A stretch of 15,826 nucleotides of DNA, taken from NCBI GenBank assembly GCA_048882485.1, contig JBHLRP010000067.1, forward strand, positions 1-15,826, given 5' to 3'. Below the pieces are notes generated by a model that saw nothing but the letters and a program-made list of their open reading frames with translations, searched no databases and had not been told where the DNA came from. The stretch is from Candidatus Thorarchaeota archaeon (GTDB lineage Archaea > Asgardarchaeota > Thorarchaeia > Thorarchaeales > Thorarchaeaceae). The stretch's first letter is position 1. Every line of letters starts with the position of its first letter. Below are positions 15,541 to 15,826 of this stretch, piece by piece. The position numbers and the translations under genes were made by a program.

Positions 15541-15826
15541 TGCTAGAGAAAATCAAAGAGGGTTTGTTCTCCTGTAATGGATGTGGAGCATGTTTCGGAA
15601 GGGGCCCTCAAAATCCCTTTAGAGAGGAAGATTTCGCACCCCCGGGATTTTGCCCGATGATCAATCATTTCAAGTTTGAGGCATATTCTCAAAGGGGATT
15701 ATCCCTTATTGCGCGCGGAGTCCTCTACGAGAAACTTCCTTTGACTGAAGATCTTGTTAGAATAGTATACACATGCACCGGATGCGGCACATGCGAGGAG
15801 GTATGCAAACCTATTCCCACAAGTGA
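15540..15826 (+). CDS. Fe-S oxidoreductase, GlcF/HdrD-like, N-terminal part (runs off the window)
   Basis: Absent from the ORF track. TGATG overlap with the upstream gene, SD GAGGTGA at 15524-15530. MLEKIKEGLFSCNGCGACFGRGPQNPFREEDFAPPGFCPMINHFKFEAYSQRG...VYTCTGCGTCEEVCKPIPTS contains two [4Fe-4S] motifs arranged as in GlcF/HdrD N-termini. Confidence 0.85.
   Translation, partial: MLEKIKEGLFSCNGCGACFGRGPQNPFREEDFAPPGFCPMINHFKFEAYSQRGLSLIARGVLYEKLPLTEDLVRIVYTCTGCGTCEEVCKPIPTS

Noticed and set aside
1-15826. tRNA, rRNA, CRISPR array, transposase/integrase or defence system
   Set aside because: All intergenic gaps are under 200 bp with no cloverleaf or spaced repeats visible by eye, and no ORF carries mobile-element or nuclease motifs.

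Overview
Gene-dense archaeal-looking window. TATA/BRE-like promoters, GAGGTGA/AGGAGG Shine-Dalgarno sites, TTG/GTG starts and a surface protein with an Ig-like module of the type I associate with Asgard Thorarchaeota support this; the taxonomy is inference. It holds 12 CDSs, two truncated at the window edges and missing from the ORF track. Most form one apparent heterocycle-catabolism cluster: a BMP-type nucleoside ABC importer (4 genes), a stand-alone PreA-like dihydropyrimidine dehydrogenase with a 2x[4Fe-4S] tail and no PreT partner, a dihydropyrimidinase/hydantoinase-like amidohydrolase, two class-III aminotransferases, and a GlcD-like FAD oxidoreductase plus GlcF/HdrD-like Fe-S protein. 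No beta-ureidopropionase (PydC) is present in the window. Immediately after preA there is instead a carbamoyltransferase with motifs of the knotted AOTCase/SOTCase/YgeW group and without ornithine- or aspartate-binding motifs. Main hypothesis: a reductive pyrimidine pathway that removes the ureido group by phosphorolysis to carbamoyl phosphate (ATP-conserving) rather than hydrolysis. An 841-aa membrane-anchored surface protein with three tandem GATase-like/GIFT-like domains interrupts the cluster. No rRNA, tRNA, CRISPR array or mobile element was recognised.
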